DNA of 64,000 nt, from contig CBDUXI010000005.1 of assembly GCA_965371175.1 (NCBI GenBank), positions 14,548-78,547 of the forward strand, in the 5' to 3' direction. The translations under genes and the position numbers were made by a program. The notes beneath the pieces were generated by a model. It had not been told where the DNA came from. It did not search any database and saw only the letters and a program-made list of their open reading frames with translations. Each line of letters starts with the position of its first letter. The first letter of the stretch is position 1. This DNA is from an uncultured bacterium (GTDB lineage: Bacteria > Nitrospirota > JACRHL01). Shown here piece after piece: positions 8,734-20,890 of the stretch.

Positions 8734-9396
8734 CTACGGCTTATCTTCCAAGGTAATCGTAACATATGCGTGCAATTCTTCCGTGACCTCCAGATCGCGA
8801 CCGCCCAGATCCAGCCGTACTTCCCGGCGTTGGGACTGGTGGATGCCGGTCACATCCACCGGCTGGGTACGCAATCGGGACAGCCCCTTGAATGCGCTTT
8901 TTGCGCCGGTGAGCGTCACCTCTTGCGGCGCTACCGTAATTCCGGCGATTCTTTTTCCCGCTGCCGGTTTTCCCGTGATGTCGGCCACCAGCCGCACGGC
9001 GCGGGTTTCCCTGGGCTCAATACGCACCCGCACCTGCCGGGGGGTCACCCCGGTAATGTCCACCGGGCGGGAAACCTCGATATCGGGAGAACCCAACGTG
9101 ATCCACTGTTCCCCCGGCGTGCTTTGGGACAGATCGAGATAGGCGTGAATGTGGTGCGTGGTAATCAGGGCCAGGGTGTTTTCCCTTGCAGTAATGCGCA
9201 CGTCGGCGGTTTCGGCGTTGATGTCGACAAGCACCAGATCGGGGGACAGCCCCACCGGCTCGATCGGCACGGCAAAGTTGACGGTAATCTGCCCCTGGGA
9301 ATTCACATACAGCCACACGGCGAACGCCAGCGCCACCGACATAAACTTGAGCCCCAGATTGCGCCGCCACCACGCGGTTTCGTGCTGCCGTTTCAT
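8734..9396 (-). CDS. cdaR: YbbR-domain protein, CdaA regulator CdaR
   Basis: It has an N-terminal membrane anchor NLGLKFMSVALAFAVWLYV followed by repeated beta-rich YbbR-like modules. It sits between cdaA and glmM. I trimmed it to the ATG at 9396, which overlaps the cdaA stop (ATGA). Confidence 0.7.
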   Translation of the reverse strand: MKRQHETAWWRRNLGLKFMSVALAFAVWLYVNSQGQITVNFAVPIEPVGLSPDLVLVDINAETADVRITARENTLALITTHHIHAYLDLSQSTPGEQWITLGSPDIEVSRPVDITGVTPRQVRVRIEPRETRAVRLVADITGKPAAGKRIAGITVAPQEVTLTGAKSAFKGLSRLRTQPVDVTGIHQSQRREVRLDLGGRDLEVTEELHAYVTITLEDKP

Positions 9397-10223
9397 CGGG
9401 CGGCCCTTTTGCCGGTGCGTCCGCGCAGGCGGGACAGCCACACCTTGCCGCTCCCTTGCGGCAGTGCTCCGGCATTGGTAAACAGGGAGGCCAGCTTTTT
9501 ACGCAGGGCGGTGCCGTCCAGATTGGCCGAAATGCGCCCGCCTTCGGCAATGACGATGCGCCCGGTCTCTTCACTGATGACCAGCGCCACCGCGTCGGTC
9601 TCTTCGGTCAGCCCCACGGCGGCCCGGTGGCGGGTGCCCAGGGAGGCGTCCTTGACCCGCAGGGCAATGGGCAAAAAGCAGCCCGCAGCCAGCACCCGCC
9701 CCTGATGCAGGATGACCGCGCCGTCGTGAATGGGCGAGGTGGGGTGAAAGACGGCCAGCAGCACATCCTTGGAGACCACCGCATCCAGCCGGGTGCCCAC
9801 CTCGACAATATCGGCCAGATCGGTTTCCCGTTCCAGCACGATGATGCCGCCCATGCGGCGACTGGCCATGGCCACCGCTGCGCGCACCACCTCGTCGATG
9901 GATTTGGACTCTTCCATGACCGTCAGCAGGCGCGAGAACGGGTTTTTGCCAAACTGGGCCAGGGTGCGGCGGATTTCCGGGGCAAACAGGATGATCAGGG
10001 CCAGCACGATTTGCGACCAGAAGCTGGTGACGATCCAGTCCAGGGTAAACAGCCCCAGTTGCTTGGCGGTGACCAGCACCACCAGCAGCAGGCCGATGCC
10101 GAATACCATCTGCAACGCCCGGGTACCCTTGATGATCAGGAGTATCCGGTAAAAGATAAAACTGACCAGCAGGATGTCGAGCAAATCCTGGGGGAAGCGG
10201 AATGCCTGCAGGGTTTGCAGCAT
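9393..10223 (-). CDS. cdaA: Diadenylate cyclase CdaA (three TM helices plus DAC domain)
   Basis: Trimmed to MLQTLQAFRF (ATG at 10223, sharing 1 nt with the folP stop). DAC motifs are HDGAVIL and GTRHRAAVGLTEETDAVALVISEETG. Confidence 0.88.
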   Translation of the reverse strand: MLQTLQAFRFPQDLLDILLVSFIFYRILLIIKGTRALQMVFGIGLLLVVLVTAKQLGLFTLDWIVTSFWSQIVLALIILFAPEIRRTLAQFGKNPFSRLLTVMEESKSIDEVVRAAVAMASRRMGGIIVLERETDLADIVEVGTRLDAVVSKDVLLAVFHPTSPIHDGAVILHQGRVLAAGCFLPIALRVKDASLGTRHRAAVGLTEETDAVALVISEETGRIVIAEGGRISANLDGTALRKKLASLFTNAGALPQGSGKVWLSRLRGRTGKRAAR

Positions 10224-11167
10224 CAGGCGGTGCGAATGGCGTCGATCATGCGGGTAACGTGGGTCATCTCTTGCACGGCATGCACCCGCACCATGCGGGC
10301 GCCGTGGGCGGCGGCCCAGGCCACGGTGGCGGCGGTGCCCCATTCCCGTGCGTCTACCGGGGCGCCATCCAGCACATGGCCGATGAACGACTTGCGGGAG
10401 GTGCCCACCACAACGGGCAGCCCCAGGTCGGTCAAACGGGCAAGCCCCTTGAGCAGGCGCAGGTTGTGGGCCACGCTCTTGCCAAAGCCGATGCCCGGAT
10501 CCACGGCAATGGCCTCTCTGTGGATGCCCGCGGCGACGGCCACGCGGATGCGCGCGGCCAGATAGCCTGTCACCTCACCCACCACGCTGCCGTAATCCGG
10601 GTTGTTCTGCATGCTGCGGGGAGCGCCCTGCATGTGCATGAGGATCACCGGCACGGTTAGACCGGCCACGGTTTCGGCCATTCTCTCATCCAGCGTCAGG
10701 GCAGAAATATCGTTGACGGCGTTTGCCCCTGCGGCCACGGCGGAGATGGCCACGGCCGCCTTGCTGGTATCGATGCTGATGGGGGTGGTGATACCCCGTG
10801 CGCGGATGCCGGAGATGACGGGAATTACCCGGTCGATCTCGTCTGCTTGCGTCACGGGTTCTGCCCCCGGACGGGTGGATTCACCGCCCACGTCGAGCAT
10901 ATCCGCCCCGGCGGCCACCAGCGCCGCCGCGTGGGCGACGGCCTGATCTACAGAAAAGAACCGGCCCCCGTCCGAAAACGAATCGGGGGTGACGTTGACC
11001 ACCCCCATGACGGCGGTTTTGCCCGCCGGCAACAGGTCGGTCCATGTGATGTTCCGGGTGATGTTCCGGGCAGCGGCGGGTGGGAGCGGTGCGGGCATGG
11101 AGCCCCGCGCCGTATGGTCGGGCGGGTGGGGTGCGGGAGGCCGGATGGGGGTCCGGGAGTCTGTCAT
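10223..11167 (-). CDS. folP: Dihydropteroate synthase
   Basis: Motifs are VMGVVNVTPDSFSDGGRF and GADMLDVGGESTRPG. The start is uncertain: 11167, or the internal ATG at 11098. Confidence 0.9.
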   Translation of the reverse strand: MTDSRTPIRPPAPHPPDHTARGSMPAPLPPAAARNITRNITWTDLLPAGKTAVMGVVNVTPDSFSDGGRFFSVDQAVAHAAALVAAGADMLDVGGESTRPGAEPVTQADEIDRVIPVISGIRARGITTPISIDTSKAAVAISAVAAGANAVNDISALTLDERMAETVAGLTVPVILMHMQGAPRSMQNNPDYGSVVGEVTGYLAARIRVAVAAGIHREAIAVDPGIGFGKSVAHNLRLLKGLARLTDLGLPVVVGTSRKSFIGHVLDGAPVDAREWGTAATVAWAAAHGARMVRVHAVQEMTHVTRMIDAIRTA

Positions 11168-11176
11168 GCTTAAGGC

Positions 11177-13006
<1,830 letters not shown>

Positions 13007-13079
13007 AAAACCGCCTGAAATAGGGAAAATTTGATCGTAGCACAGCCCCCCCGGCTGTACAACAGGATAGCGTGCCGGG

Positions 13080-13625
13080 TCAGGCCTCTTCGACCGTGTC
13101 CAGCGCCGCAATATGCGGGAGATTCCGGTATCTTTCGGCATGGTCCAGGCCGTAGCCCACCACGAATACATCGGGAATGGTAAAGCCCACGTATTCCACC
13201 GGCACCTGGATGCGCCGCCGGGCCGGTTTGTCCAGCAGGGTGCAGGTGGCAAGCGATTTGGGGTTCTTGGCCAGCAGTACCTTGCGTAGATACTGCACCG
13301 TTACGCCGGAGTCGACAATATCCTCGACGATCATCACATGCTTGCCGGACAGCCGGTCAAAGTATTCCGGCTCGGACAGCAGCCGCACCTCGCCGCTGGA
13401 ACTGGTGCGGCCCTGATAACTCTTGGCCTGAATAAAATCGAGGGTGACCGGCACGTTGATATGCCGGATCAAATCGGCATAAAACAGCACCGCGCCTTTT
13501 AACACACCGATGACCAGTAATTCACGGCCCTCGTAGTCGGTGGTAATCTGGTGGCCCAGTTGCCGAATCCGGTCGGCCAGGGTGGGGGCGTCGATCAACG
13601 CTTTGCCAAATTGCCTGTCGTTCAA
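13080..13625 (-). CDS. hpt: Hypoxanthine phosphoribosyltransferase
   Basis: It has the PRPP loop [13 protein letters not shown]. The proposed TTG start at 13625 overlaps the tilS stop (TTGA) and gives a typical ~181-aa product. The track's longer N-terminus overlaps tilS. Confidence 0.85.
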   Translation of the reverse strand: MNDRQFGKALIDAPTLADRIRQLGHQITTDYEGRELLVIGVLKGAVLFYADLIRHINVPVTLDFIQAKSYQGRTSSSGEVRLLSEPEYFDRLSGKHVMIVEDIVDSGVTVQYLRKVLLAKNPKSLATCTLLDKPARRRIQVPVEYVGFTIPDVFVVGYGLDHAERYRNLPHIAALDTVEEA

Positions 13626-15049
13626 GATGCTGCTTCCTTCCACTTTTCTGCCGACGCGGTCGCGCCGGTCACAATACGCAGGGCGAGCGGTGGGTGCCTC
13701 TCCAACCCGTCTGGTGGGCTCTTTTTTACCATAAAGCGCTCGTCCTGTCTTGTCCCCACCACCCACAGCAGCCCTTCCGGGGCGGCAAGCACCGGTACGT
13801 CGGCCCGCATTCTACGGGGCACTTTGGTGTCGATCAGAAAATTTTTGAGCTTTTTGGAGTGCCCTCCCATGCCGGATGGGCAGAACCGGTCCCCCGGATG
13901 CCGCGTGCGCACGGTGAGCGGTGCGCTGAAGCTGTCCGGGTCAAAATAGACCCAGCCCGCTTTGTCATCCATTTTCCGGTAGCGGGCCTCCAGGCTCAAA
14001 TTTGCCCACGGAATCGGGGTGATGCCGGGCACGGCCAGCGCCACCGGGCTGTGGTGATGAGCGACCGGTGCGGGACCCATGCGGATGCGTTCGTATTCCG
14101 CCATGGCCACATGGCCACCCGGCAGGTCCACCTGCCGCCCGCTTGCGCCTTTGGCAAGCTGGCGCACGGCCTCCACATGGGGCCATTCCACCTGCCCCGG
14201 CAGGGCGTGGACGAGGGCCATCTGTACCACCCGGCGGGCCAGCGCCACAGGCAGGGCGGCAAGCTGTACGGCGTCGATGACCATTTCGCTGGCTACGTCT
14301 TTTGCCTCCTGCACCACCTGTTGATAGTGATAGGTGGCCTGATCTGCCATGTAGCGCTCTTCGTCCGCCAGCAGACGGGATTCCCGCCCCAGGGTTTCTA
14401 CCAGATTGGGATTCAGGCCGGTCAATACCGGCAGCAGTTCCTTGCGGACCCGGTTTCTTACGTAGCGCGGGTCGGCATTGCTGGCATCTTCCCGGTAGGC
14501 AATGCCTTCCGCTTTTGCGTATGCGATCAGCGCATCCTTACGCACGCCAAGCAACGGGCGAATGGTATCCGCGCGGGCGTTCGCCATGCTGGATAAGCCC
14601 CGGAGCCCCGCGCCGGACAGCATCCGCATCAGGAAGGTTTCGGCCAGATCGTCCGCATGGTGGCCGGTGGCGATGCGCGCCGCTTCGTACGTTGCCGCCA
14701 CCTGCCGCAAAAATTGGTAGCGCACCCGGCGGGCCGCTTGCTGGGTGGATTCTCGCGCCTGTTTTTCCACCGTGCGCCGCTCGGTGGTGACCGGTACGTT
14801 CAGGTGCGCGCACAAGCCGGCCACAAACCGCTCATCCGCATCGGCTTCGTCCCCGCGAAAACCGTGGTTCAGGTGGGCGGCGTGCAGCGAAAATTTCAGG
14901 TCGCCTGCCAGCGCTGCCAGCAGGTGCAGCAGCACCACCGAGTCCACCCCGCCCGATACCGCCACCAGCACTTTTTCGCCGGGGAGAACCATCGACTCCC
15001 CGGTAATGGCTGCGGCCACCCGGCGTTTGAGCGAGTCCTTGCCGGTCAC
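13622..15049 (-). CDS. tilS: tRNA(Ile)-lysidine synthase
   Basis: 475 aa with the PP-loop VAVSGGVDSVVL. The GTG start overlaps the ribF stop. Confidence 0.9.
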   Translation of the reverse strand: MTGKDSLKRRVAAAITGESMVLPGEKVLVAVSGGVDSVVLLHLLAALAGDLKFSLHAAHLNHGFRGDEADADERFVAGLCAHLNVPVTTERRTVEKQARESTQQAARRVRYQFLRQVAATYEAARIATGHHADDLAETFLMRMLSGAGLRGLSSMANARADTIRPLLGVRKDALIAYAKAEGIAYREDASNADPRYVRNRVRKELLPVLTGLNPNLVETLGRESRLLADEERYMADQATYHYQQVVQEAKDVASEMVIDAVQLAALPVALARRVVQMALVHALPGQVEWPHVEAVRQLAKGASGRQVDLPGGHVAMAEYERIRMGPAPVAHHHSPVALAVPGITPIPWANLSLEARYRKMDDKAGWVYFDPDSFSAPLTVRTRHPGDRFCPSGMGGHSKKLKNFLIDTKVPRRMRADVPVLAAPEGLLWVVGTRQDERFMVKKSPPDGLERHPPLALRIVTGATASAEKWKEAAS

Positions 15050-15993
15050 AGCTCCAGGATCTCCCGGGTGCGGGCCACGTCGGCTTTGATCTGCCCGGTC
15101 AGTTCATCGGCGGAGTCGAACGTCATTTCCGGGCGTACCCGATCGACAAACTCCAGGCGGATGCGGTGGCCGTACAGGTCCAGATCGGCCTCCAGCAGGT
15201 GCACTTCGATGAGCCGCTCCACCTCGTCAAAGGTGGGGCGGGTGCCTACGTAGACCGCCGCCGGGTGCAGGGCCACGTCTCTGGGCTCTTTATTATCCGC
15301 ATCCTGCACCGCCACCCATGCGGCGTAGATGCCGTTTTCGGGCACCAGTTCCTCGGGGATGTTCAGGTTGGCGGTGGGAAACCCCATCACCCGGCCCCGG
15401 CGGGCGCCCGGCACCACCTGCCCCTTTAGACAGTACGGATGCCCCAACAGGGCGTTGGCGGCGGCCACGTCGCCTGCGCGTAGCGCCTTGCGGATGCGGG
15501 ACGACGACACCCGTTTGCCGTCCACCGAATAAAATGTCTGCGGGTGCACGGCAAAGCCGTAGCGCTTGCCCAGATCGGTCAGGGCGTCGGCATCGCCCGC
15601 CCGGCCCATGCCGAACTTGTAGTTGGCCCCCACGAACACCTCTTTCACGTTCAGGCGCATGAGCACCTGTTTGACGAATGTTTCCGGCGACTGGGCGGAA
15701 AATGCCTCGTCAAAGGTCAGGCACACGGTCAACCCCATGCCCACGGCGGCGAACCGGTCGGCCTTGTCTTCAAAGGTGGTCAGCATGTCGTGGGGCAGGT
15801 CGGGCCGCAACAGCAGGGTGGGGTGGGGATCGAAGGTGAGCACCGCCGGTTCCAGCCCCGCCTCCCGCGCCCGCTCCACGGTGGCGGAAAGGATGCGGCG
15901 GTGGCCCAGATGCACCCCGTCAAAATTACCGATGGCGACGATGCGGCCGTCCGGCGCATCGGGGATTTCGTCCAGATTGGTCACGACACGCAT
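15046..15993 (-). CDS. ribF: Bifunctional riboflavin kinase / FMN adenylyltransferase
   Basis: 315 aa with IGNFDGVHLGHRRIL and GFPTANL motifs. Confidence 0.92.
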   Translation of the reverse strand: MRVVTNLDEIPDAPDGRIVAIGNFDGVHLGHRRILSATVERAREAGLEPAVLTFDPHPTLLLRPDLPHDMLTTFEDKADRFAAVGMGLTVCLTFDEAFSAQSPETFVKQVLMRLNVKEVFVGANYKFGMGRAGDADALTDLGKRYGFAVHPQTFYSVDGKRVSSSRIRKALRAGDVAAANALLGHPYCLKGQVVPGARRGRVMGFPTANLNIPEELVPENGIYAAWVAVQDADNKEPRDVALHPAAVYVGTRPTFDEVERLIEVHLLEADLDLYGHRIRLEFVDRVRPEMTFDSADELTGQIKADVARTREILEL

Positions 15994-16007
15994 ACCGCTG
16001 CCTTTTC

Positions 16008-16976
16008 CTACCCCAGAATCCGGGCGGCGTCTTTGGCGAAATAGGTGAGGATCAGGTCGGCCCCGGCCCGGCGGATGGCGGTGAGGGTTTCCATCATCAC
16101 CTTTTCGCCGTCGATCCAGCCGGCACTCTCTGCCGCCTTGATCATGCTGTACTCCCCCGATACGTTGTAGGCGGCCACCGGCACATCCACGCTTTCGCTG
16201 ATGTCGCGGATGATGTCCAGATAGGCCAGGGCCGGTTTCACCATGACCATATCGGCCCCTTCCGCCACGTCGATCAGCGACTCGCGCAACGCCTCCCGGG
16301 CGTTGGCCGGGTCCATCTGATAGCTTCTGCGGTCGCCAAACTGCGGTACCGATTCGGCGGCGTCCCGGAACGGGCCGTAGTAGGCGCTGGCAAACTTGGT
16401 GGAGTACGACAGGATCGGCGTCATTTCGAACCCCTGTTCGTCCAGCCCTGCGCGGATGGCCGCCACCCGGCCGTCCATCATGTCGGACGGGGCCACCATG
16501 TCGGCCCCGGCGCGGGCGTGGGAGACGGCCTCCTGTACCAGCAACGCCACGGTGGCATCGTTGTCCACGTCGTTCTCTTTAATGACGCCGCAATGGCCGT
16601 GGTCGGTGTATTCGCACAGGCACACGTCGGTGACCACGGTCAGCTCCGGCACGGCGCGCTTTACCGCCCGTACGGTTTCCTGAACGATACCCGCTTCAGC
16701 GTAGGCCTCGCTGCCTTCGGCGTCCTTGTGATCGGGAATGCCGAACAGGATGACCGCGGGGATACCCAGTCCGTGCACCTGCTCGCACTCGGCGACGATC
16801 TGATCGATGGAAAGCTGGAACACCCCCGGCATGGAGACCACCTCTTTTTTGACCCCCTCGCCGGGTACGGCAAACAGGGGATAGACGAGGTTGTCCGGCG
16901 ACAGGCGGGTTTCGCGCACCATGCGCCGCAGGCTTTCGGTGCGCCGCATGCGGCGGGGTCTGTCGATCTGGTTCAT
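16008..16976 (-). CDS. hemB: Porphobilinogen synthase (delta-aminolevulinate dehydratase)
   Basis: 322 aa with [28 protein letters not shown] and AYNVSGEY motifs. Confidence 0.95.
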   Translation of the reverse strand: MNQIDRPRRMRRTESLRRMVRETRLSPDNLVYPLFAVPGEGVKKEVVSMPGVFQLSIDQIVAECEQVHGLGIPAVILFGIPDHKDAEGSEAYAEAGIVQETVRAVKRAVPELTVVTDVCLCEYTDHGHCGVIKENDVDNDATVALLVQEAVSHARAGADMVAPSDMMDGRVAAIRAGLDEQGFEMTPILSYSTKFASAYYGPFRDAAESVPQFGDRRSYQMDPANAREALRESLIDVAEGADMVMVKPALAYLDIIRDISESVDVPVAAYNVSGEYSMIKAAESAGWIDGEKVMMETLTAIRRAGADLILTYFAKDAARILG

Positions 16977-18526
16977 GACGTATCTTTCATTTGTGTGTCT
17001 CCCATGGCGTCGTCACAGATGGCGGTGACCAGCGCCGCAACGCTGGGAATTTCTGGCATGACGGCCACGGTAAGCCCCACCTTTTTTACCGTATCGGCCG
17101 TCACCGGACCAATGACGGCCACCCGGCAGGCGGACAGCCGCTCATGAAACACCTTTTCCCCCAGTATGTCATGAAGATTCTTTACCGTGGAGGAACTGGT
17201 AAAGGTCACGTAATCGGGAGCGGGGCCTGCGGTCAGCCGTGCCAGTTGCTCCGGGTCCGGATCGGGCCGGACGGTGCGGTAGCAGGTGGCGGCTTGCACG
17301 GTGGCGCCCGCTTCGGTCAGCAGTTCGGGGAGCGCCCGGCGGGCTTTTTCGGCCTGGGCCAGCAGCACTTTTTTGCCGTTTACCCCGAAATCGATCATGG
17401 CGGCGGCAAGCCCCTCGGCGCGGGCATCGTCCGGGATGATATCTGCGGTAATTCCGTGTGTTTTCAATGCTTTTGCGGTTTCCGCTCCCACGGTGGCGAT
17501 GGCCAGGCCGGACAGGGCGCGGGCGTCTTTTTTGTGGTGGACCAGCCGGTTAAACAGGGCGTTTACCCCGTTGCCGCTGGTGAGCACCAGCCAATCGTAG
17601 TCGGCCAATGTCTGGATGGCGTCATCCAGCGCACCAAAATCGTCCGGCGGCACGATCTGAATGGCGGGCACGGTGACCACTTCGGCCCCCCGCTCATACA
17701 ATAGCCCGGCAAGCGATCCTTTGCTGCCCCCCCCTGCGCGGGTGACCAGCACCCGATGGCCAAACAGGGGCAGGGTTTCAAACCAGTTGATCCGTTGCCG
17801 CAGGGCCACCACGTCGCCCACCACAATCAGGGCGGGGGGGAGCAGGCCCGCGGCGCTGACCGCTGTTGCCAACGTGGCCACCGTGCCGGTGACGGTGCGC
17901 TGGCACGGGTGGGTGCCCCAGTGGATGCACGCCGCCGGGGTATCCGGGGCGCGGCCCCCACGGGTCAGCCGCTCCATGATGGCAGGCAGGCTTTTCACCC
18001 CCATAAAAAACACCAGGGTCTCGCGGGTTTGGGCCAGTTCCTTCCAGCGGATCAGGGAGTCCTTGCGATCCGGCGTTTCCTGCCCGGTGACAAACGTGAC
18101 CGAGGCGCTGGTGCCCCGGTGGGTGAGCGGAATGCCCGCATAGGCCGCAACCGCCGTCGCCGCCGTCACCCCCGGCACCACCTGAAACGGGATGCCGGCT
18201 TCGGCCAGCGCCATCGCCTCTTCGCCCCCGCGCCCGAAGATGAACGGATCACCCCCTTTCAGCCGCGCCACCGTGCGCCCGGCTTTGGCGTGCTGCACCA
18301 GCATGGCGTTGATGTCTTCCTGGGGGTGCCGGTGGTTGCCGTGGCGCTTGCCCACGTTAATGCGTTCCACTTCGGGTGCCAGCTCTTCCAGCAGGTCGGG
18401 ATTGGCCAGATAGTCATAAATGACCACGTCGGCGGCCAGCAGGCAGCGGCGGCCTTTTACTGTCATCAGGCCGGGATCGCCCGGCCCTGCGCCGATCAGG
18501 TAGACCGTGCCGGTGGATGCGCTCAA
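16973..18526 (-). CDS. cobA/hemD: Fused uroporphyrinogen-III C-methyltransferase / uroporphyrinogen-III synthase
   Basis: The N-terminal half has [18 protein letters not shown] (SUMT). The C-terminal half is HemD-like (RVLVTRAGG..., two Rossmann-like halves). The proposed TTG start at 18526 overlaps the hemC stop. The track's longer ORF is an artefactual extension through hemC. Confidence 0.85.
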   Translation of the reverse strand: MSASTGTVYLIGAGPGDPGLMTVKGRRCLLAADVVIYDYLANPDLLEELAPEVERINVGKRHGNHRHPQEDINAMLVQHAKAGRTVARLKGGDPFIFGRGGEEAMALAEAGIPFQVVPGVTAATAVAAYAGIPLTHRGTSASVTFVTGQETPDRKDSLIRWKELAQTRETLVFFMGVKSLPAIMERLTRGGRAPDTPAACIHWGTHPCQRTVTGTVATLATAVSAAGLLPPALIVVGDVVALRQRINWFETLPLFGHRVLVTRAGGGSKGSLAGLLYERGAEVVTVPAIQIVPPDDFGALDDAIQTLADYDWLVLTSGNGVNALFNRLVHHKKDARALSGLAIATVGAETAKALKTHGITADIIPDDARAEGLAAAMIDFGVNGKKVLLAQAEKARRALPELLTEAGATVQAATCYRTVRPDPDPEQLARLTAGPAPDYVTFTSSSTVKNLHDILGEKVFHERLSACRVAVIGPVTADTVKKVGLTVAVMPEIPSVAALVTAICDDAMGDTQMKDTS

Positions 18527-19488
18527 GCGCCGCTCCCCGGCCCCACCGGCGCACCGTAGACGGCTTCCAGAATGGCGTCGCCGCCGTCGCTTAAAATGGT
18601 TTCGGCCAGCGCGACCCCCAATTTTTTTGCGTCTGTCCGGGGGCCGCTGGCTGTCCTGCGAACGATTTTGGAGCCGTCTTCGGCGGCCACCAGTCCGGTC
18701 AGGGTAATCTGCTCGGCCTTGTCGCCTGCGATGGTGGCCAGGGCCGCGATGGGCACCTGACAGCCCCCTTCCAGCCGGGCCAGAAACGCCCGTTCCGCCT
18801 GCACCGCATCGGCGCTGTCGGCGTGGTTGAAGTGCGCCATGACCGGGGCCATGCCGGGATCGTCCACCCGGCACTCCAGCCCCAGCGCCCCCTGGCCGAT
18901 GGCGGGCAGGCAAAGCGCTTCGGGCAGGTAGTCGGTAATGCGCTCTTTCCAGCCCAGACGCCGCAGCCCGGCGGCGGCAAGCAGGATGGCGTCAAACTTT
19001 CCCTCGTCCAGCCGTTTCAAGCGGGTATCCACGTTGCCGCGCAACGATTCCACCTGCAAGTCGGGCCGCGCCGCCAGAATCTGGGCGCGCCGCCGCAGGG
19101 AACTGCTGCCCACCTTTGCGCCTTGGGGCAACTCTTCTAATGTCTTGTAATTATTGGAAATAAACGCATCCCGGTGGTCTTCCCTTGCAGGGATTGCGGC
19201 CAGCGTCAGGCCGTCTGGCAACTCGGCGGGTACGTCTTTCATGCTGTGTACGGCCAGGTCGGCGCTGCCGTCCAGCAGGGCTTCCTCGATCTCCTTGACG
19301 AACAGCCCCTTGCCGCCCACCTGGGCCAGCGGCACGTCGGTGATCTTGTCGCCGGTGGTCTTGATGATGTTGAGCGCTACGGTGGTCCCGGCAAAGGCGG
19401 ATTCAATCTCGCCCTTGACCCAGTTTGCCTGCCACAGGGCCAGTTTGCTGCCACGGGTGGCGATGATCAGTTTTTTGGGAACGCTCAT
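18523..19488 (-). CDS. hemC: Hydroxymethylbilane synthase (porphobilinogen deaminase)
   Basis: 321 aa with IATRGSKLALWQA, HSMKDVP and LRGNVDTRL motifs. Confidence 0.95.
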   Translation of the reverse strand: MSVPKKLIIATRGSKLALWQANWVKGEIESAFAGTTVALNIIKTTGDKITDVPLAQVGGKGLFVKEIEEALLDGSADLAVHSMKDVPAELPDGLTLAAIPAREDHRDAFISNNYKTLEELPQGAKVGSSSLRRRAQILAARPDLQVESLRGNVDTRLKRLDEGKFDAILLAAAGLRRLGWKERITDYLPEALCLPAIGQGALGLECRVDDPGMAPVMAHFNHADSADAVQAERAFLARLEGGCQVPIAALATIAGDKAEQITLTGLVAAEDGSKIVRRTASGPRTDAKKLGVALAETILSDGGDAILEAVYGAPVGPGSGA

Positions 19489-19499
19489 GCTCTGTTTTT

Positions 19500-20834
19500 T
19501 CAGTCGCTGGATTTTCCACCGGACGCATCGTCCCGGTGGGTGTCTTCGTCTTCGTCGTGTAAGTCGAACAGCCTGCGGGCCACATCAACGATATCCTTGC
19601 CGCCGTCGTTCTGGGCCTCCCTTCGCAGGCTGGACAGGGGATTGTGCAGCAGCTTGTTGACGATGGAATTGCCCAGCCCCTCGATCAGTTCGCGCTCTTT
19701 TTCCGGCAGGTGCGACAGGCGCGCCAGCACCCGTTCGATTTCGCCTCTGGCAATCTCGTCGGCATGTCCCCGCAGGGCGGTGATGGTGGGCACCACGTCC
19801 AGCGAACGCAGCCAGCGGGCGGTGATATCGACTTCCTGATTCACGATGTGATGGGCCTTTCTGGCTTCTTCCTGCCGTTCCTTGAGATTGGCGTCCACCA
19901 CCTGTTGCAGGTTGTCAATGTCGTACAGGTAGACATCGCTTAAGGTACCCACTTCGGGGTCGATGTTGCGGGGCACCGAAATGTCGATCAAAAACATGGG
20001 CCGGTGGCCGCGTTTGCGGATGGCGCTGGCGGCCATTTCCGGGCGGATCACATAGTCCGGCGCACCGGTGGAGCAGATGACGATATCCACGTTTTGCAGC
20101 TGCTCGGCAAACGCTTCAAACGGTACGGCGGTAGCGATCGTGTCGGTGGTGCCAAATTCGTCGGCGAGCTTCTGGGCGTTTGCCAGTGTGCGGGTGGAGA
20201 TCATCACCTCGCGGGCGCCCGAGCTGATCAGGTGGCGCAGGGCAAGTTCGGCCATTTCGCCTGCGCCCAGCAGCATCACCCGTTGCCGGGACAGGTCGGA
20301 AAACACCTTGCGGGCAAGTTCCACGGCGGCGTAACTCACCGACACGGCGTTTTCGGCCACTTTGGTTTCGGTGCGTACCCGCTTGGCCACCGAGATGGCT
20401 TTTTTGGCCACCTTGTTCAACACCATGCCGGTGCTTTTGGCGGTCAGGGCGGCCTCGAACGCATCTTTGAACTGCCCCAGAATTTGCGGTTCGCCCAGTA
20501 CCATGGAGTCGAGGCTTGCGGCCACCCGGAACATGTGGCCGATCGCGTCGTTGCCGGGGTAGTGATACAGGTGGGGCGTCAGGTGGTGGGCATCCACTCC
20601 GGGAATCTGGCGGCCCAGAAATTCAGAAACCGTGTCAAACCCGGCCTTGGGGGTGGGGGCCACGGCGTACACCTCCACCCGGTTGCAGGTGGAAAGCACC
20701 ATGGCCTCGGTGGTGTCGGACTCTTCGGTGATCCTGCGGCACACGTCGGGCAGGGCGGTGGCGGAAAACGCCAGCTGTTCGCGCACCTCTACCGGCGCGG
20801 TTTTATGGGACAGGCCGACGACAATGACGTTCAT
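19500..20834 (-). CDS. hemA: Glutamyl-tRNA reductase
   Basis: 444 aa with GLSHKTAPVEVRE, LSTCNRVE and LLGAGEMAEL motifs. Confidence 0.95.
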   Translation of the reverse strand: MNVIVVGLSHKTAPVEVREQLAFSATALPDVCRRITEESDTTEAMVLSTCNRVEVYAVAPTPKAGFDTVSEFLGRQIPGVDAHHLTPHLYHYPGNDAIGHMFRVAASLDSMVLGEPQILGQFKDAFEAALTAKSTGMVLNKVAKKAISVAKRVRTETKVAENAVSVSYAAVELARKVFSDLSRQRVMLLGAGEMAELALRHLISSGAREVMISTRTLANAQKLADEFGTTDTIATAVPFEAFAEQLQNVDIVICSTGAPDYVIRPEMAASAIRKRGHRPMFLIDISVPRNIDPEVGTLSDVYLYDIDNLQQVVDANLKERQEEARKAHHIVNQEVDITARWLRSLDVVPTITALRGHADEIARGEIERVLARLSHLPEKERELIEGLGNSIVNKLLHNPLSSLRREAQNDGGKDIVDVARRLFDLHDEDEDTHRDDASGGKSSD

Positions 20835-20890
20835 CGGTGCACCCGGATATGGGAAAAAACAGAATCGCTCATGAGGTTATGTTCCGGCCA

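Noticed and set aside
13007-13252. Long N-terminal extensions of several track ORFs: ftsH to 13252, cobA/hemD to 18913, cdaA to 10343 and the coiled-coil gene to 46799
   Set aside because: Each extension overlaps the upstream, well-supported gene by 100-400 nt. Family-typical N-termini begin at internal start codons that abut or overlap the upstream stop.
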